DNA from: Pseudomonadota bacterium
GTDB lineage: Bacteria; Myxococcota_A; Polyangia; Palsa-1104; JAEUJZ01
NCBI GenBank assembly: GCA_035328405.1
Contig: DAOLIT010000012.1
Span: forward strand, 35 to 64,034
DNA: 64,000 nucleotides
Reading direction: 5' to 3'
Shown: positions 62,078 to 64,000 of the stretch, piece by piece
How the letters are laid out: every line of letters begins with the position of its first letter
Position numbering within the stretch: the stretch's first letter is position 1
Position numbers and translations under genes: made by a program
The notes under the pieces: model-generated
The model's database searches: none
What the model saw: only the letters and a program-made list of their open reading frames with translations
What the model was told of the DNA's origin: nothing

Positions 62078-62290
62078 TTAGCCGCCGTCGAACATCGCAC
62101 CTTGTTGCCAACTGGCGAGACGCAGGTCCGGGTTGCCCGGCGTCAAAAGCCACGTCAACACGCGCTTCATCGCCGACACTGCCGCCTGAAACAGCGAACC
62201 TTGCGTCTCCGAACACGGGTCGCCCGTCGAAGTCGAGCAAGCCGCCAGGATTTCGATTTGAGACAAGTTGTGAAAGTTTGCGGTGAACAT
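62078..62290 (-). CDS. Small hypothetical protein (70 aa) upstream of ftsH
   Basis: Strong RBS (GAGGAGG, 5 nt, ATG). Confidence 0.4.
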   Translation of the reverse strand: MFTANFHNLSQIEILAACSTSTGDPCSETQGSLFQAAVSAMKRVLTWLLTPGNPDLRLASWQQGAMFDGG

Positions 62291-62443
62291 GGTGGCCTCC
62301 TCGTGTTTTCGTTTTCATGCAATCGCAGGAGGAATGCCAACCACCACACCGTCGAGCGCGCAAAACCGAGCGCCCTTTTCTGCGCAGCCTTGCTGGAACC
62401 GCTGGCCGTTTTTGCCGACTGTTTGCGACTGGGCCAAACCCGT

Positions 62444-63829
62444 TCAGCGCAGCGGGGATTGGGCCCTCGCCGGTTGAAACCCAGACGAGGGCGCGGACGG
62501 CGCAGTCGATGCTGTTGATGCTGTTGATGCGGTCGGTGCAGTCGGTGCCGGTGACGCAGGCGGCGCGGGCGGCGCAGTCGATGTAGGCGGCGCGGGCACA
62601 AGCGTCAAGAAGGCCGGACCCGGCGGTGTCGATTGGGTCAGCGATCGCAACGCCGGATCGACAATCTCGCGGATCGGTTTCCCCGTGGCAGTCGGAAACC
62701 CGATGCCCAAAAGCTTGGCGACCGTGGGCGCAAGATCCGTGTGTTTGTACGTCCCCCGCGCCGTCCGAGCCGGTATCCCCGGCCCCACCGCAAGCGCAAA
62801 CACCCCCGCACACCCCGAGCAAGGCTTGGTCCGAATTTTCTCTGCGATGCACCGACCGTGCGACGCCCATTGCGCAGGGTCCTCTGCCGTGTCGCGCCCA
62901 TGGTCTGTCGTGATGAGCAGATACGTGTTGTCCCGATAAAACGGGTCCGCTTGCAGCGTGTCAAAGATGCGTCCCAACAGGTAATCGTCCTGCCGCAGCG
63001 CCAAGTGGTAATGAAAAATCCCGTAGTGCTGCCCCGTCTTCCGCTGCACCCGTGCGTGCAGGTGTGCTTCCTCGTCCGCATCGCCCAAGTGAATCACCAC
63101 CAGGCGCGGATGCCGTTTCGGCACTTCCCGAGCAAATTCCAAAAACGTGTCCACGTCCGTCCGCGAATTTGCATAGACCTCGGGTTTGAAAAACGGTCCT
63201 GGCCCTGGCGGTAGCGCAGACCCTTGGCCTTGCACTTGCGTCGGCACCGGCACGGGCACCGGCACGGGCGCAGACGGCGCTTGCGCCCCGTTCATCACAT
63301 TCATCACGTTGTTTTTGAAACCGCAGCTTCGGAAAAAATCGTCCTCTGCCACAAGCGGCGGCACCGCTGCAATCGCACACAAAGGCGACCACGACGCCAC
63401 CAGGGCCACCCCATCAAACCCTTTCTTGAGCGGCCTCACCGCCTGCTGCATGAGCGTCGGGTAATGACTCCGAAAATCCTCGACCGGAGGATGGTTCGTC
63501 AGGATTTTTTCTTGCCGTCGCCCCGCGAAAATGTCCGCATACGCGGGCAAACTCACTCCCGCCGGGTTCGAGATCGACACATTCGGCAACCACAACCCCC
63601 GCTTCCTCAGTTGCCCCAGCACCGGAAACAATTCGGAAAAACGCACCGGCCTCCCCGCATCATCCACCGCCCGACCGCCCCACTCTTGTTGGCGGATGCC
63701 GTCCACCAGAATCAGGACCACGTTGCGTTCTTTCGGTGCACCGGGCTGCGCCGGGCCCACTTCTGCACCGTGAACTGCCGCCAAGCTCCACCCCATACAC
63801 AGGGCAAGCACCATGAGGACCCTTTGCAT
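62444..63829 (-). CDS. Secreted alkaline-phosphatase-superfamily enzyme (type I phosphodiesterase/nucleotide pyrophosphatase-like) with a C-terminal Pro/Thr/Ala-rich tail
   Basis: Signal peptide. VVLILVDGIR and LLITTDHG motifs. C-terminal PAPTAPTASTASTASTAPS. Confidence 0.65.
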   Translation of the reverse strand: MQRVLMVLALCMGWSLAAVHGAEVGPAQPGAPKERNVVLILVDGIRQQEWGGRAVDDAGRPVRFSELFPVLGQLRKRGLWLPNVSISNPAGVSLPAYADIFAGRRQEKILTNHPPVEDFRSHYPTLMQQAVRPLKKGFDGVALVASWSPLCAIAAVPPLVAEDDFFRSCGFKNNVMNVMNGAQAPSAPVPVPVPVPTQVQGQGSALPPGPGPFFKPEVYANSRTDVDTFLEFAREVPKRHPRLVVIHLGDADEEAHLHARVQRKTGQHYGIFHYHLALRQDDYLLGRIFDTLQADPFYRDNTYLLITTDHGRDTAEDPAQWASHGRCIAEKIRTKPCSGCAGVFALAVGPGIPARTARGTYKHTDLAPTVAKLLGIGFPTATGKPIREIVDPALRSLTQSTPPGPAFLTLVPAPPTSTAPPAPPASPAPTAPTASTASTASTAPSAPSSGFQPARAQSPLR

Positions 63830-63902
63830 TCAGCGCACGATGTTACGAGAAGCCAAATGCCCATGTCCAGACTCCTCATCCCCTTCCCAATTCCCACCCA
63901 CA

Positions 63903-64000
63903 CCGCCGAAAACCGACCTCGCACCCTGTTTCAACAGCATGAACCCTTGTCAAACCGACCTCGCACCCTGTTTCAACAGCATGAACCCTTGTCAAACCGA
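63903..64000. repeat. Tandem direct repeat of a 42-bp unit (CCGACCTCGCACCCTGTTTCAACAGCATGAACCCTTGTCAAA), at least 2.3 copies, running to the window edge
   Basis: Direct reading. Lies ~75 bp upstream of the phosphodiesterase start on the minus strand, and contains TTGACA on that strand. Confidence 0.8.

Noticed and set aside
61923-62870. 315-aa minus-strand ORF
   Set aside because: Gly/Arg/Cys-rich with no RBS. It overlaps both the small RBS-supported ORF and the phosphodiesterase gene, so it is likely non-coding.

Overview
High-GC (~65-70%) bacterial chromosomal segment, almost certainly from a myxobacterium. Supporting signals are a Myxococcus-type cysteine-rich repeat lipoprotein, PEGA- and FHA-containing Ser/Thr kinases, many lipoproteins, and the atp operon organised b'-b-delta-alpha-gamma-beta-epsilon without atpBE.

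Core content:
- F1 ATP synthase operon on the minus strand (13.4-20.0 kb).
- A dcw fragment rsmH-ftsL-ftsI (29.1-32.5 kb).
- recJ, ftsH, cardiolipin synthase, glgA, a GH57 branching enzyme and ribF.
- A hemerythrin-like/sigma-70/FHA-pseudokinase module on the plus strand (2.7-6.3 kb).
- A minus-strand gene array from 6.3 to 13.4 kb: two V4R proteins, a small protein, a PPP phosphatase, asparaginase II, tsaE, a MOP flippase and a PEGA Ser/Thr kinase.
- A signalling cluster at 50.1-56.2 kb: REC, a DUF485-like protein, an SSS-transporter/histidine-kinase hybrid, a small protein, an MCP and a cupin lipoprotein.

Compositionally atypical, lower-GC segments:
- 0.3-1.3 kb: an orphan gene bracketed by a ~60-bp tandem repeat array.
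- 22.3-29.1 kb: GST, GH5, an EGF/beta-helix lipoprotein and a CotH-like lipoprotein, lying directly after the ftsI end where murE would normally follow.
- 47.7-50.0 kb: an MFS transporter and a small ORF.

No rRNA, tRNA or CRISPR was recognised. Many long antisense ORFs in the track are GC-driven artefacts.
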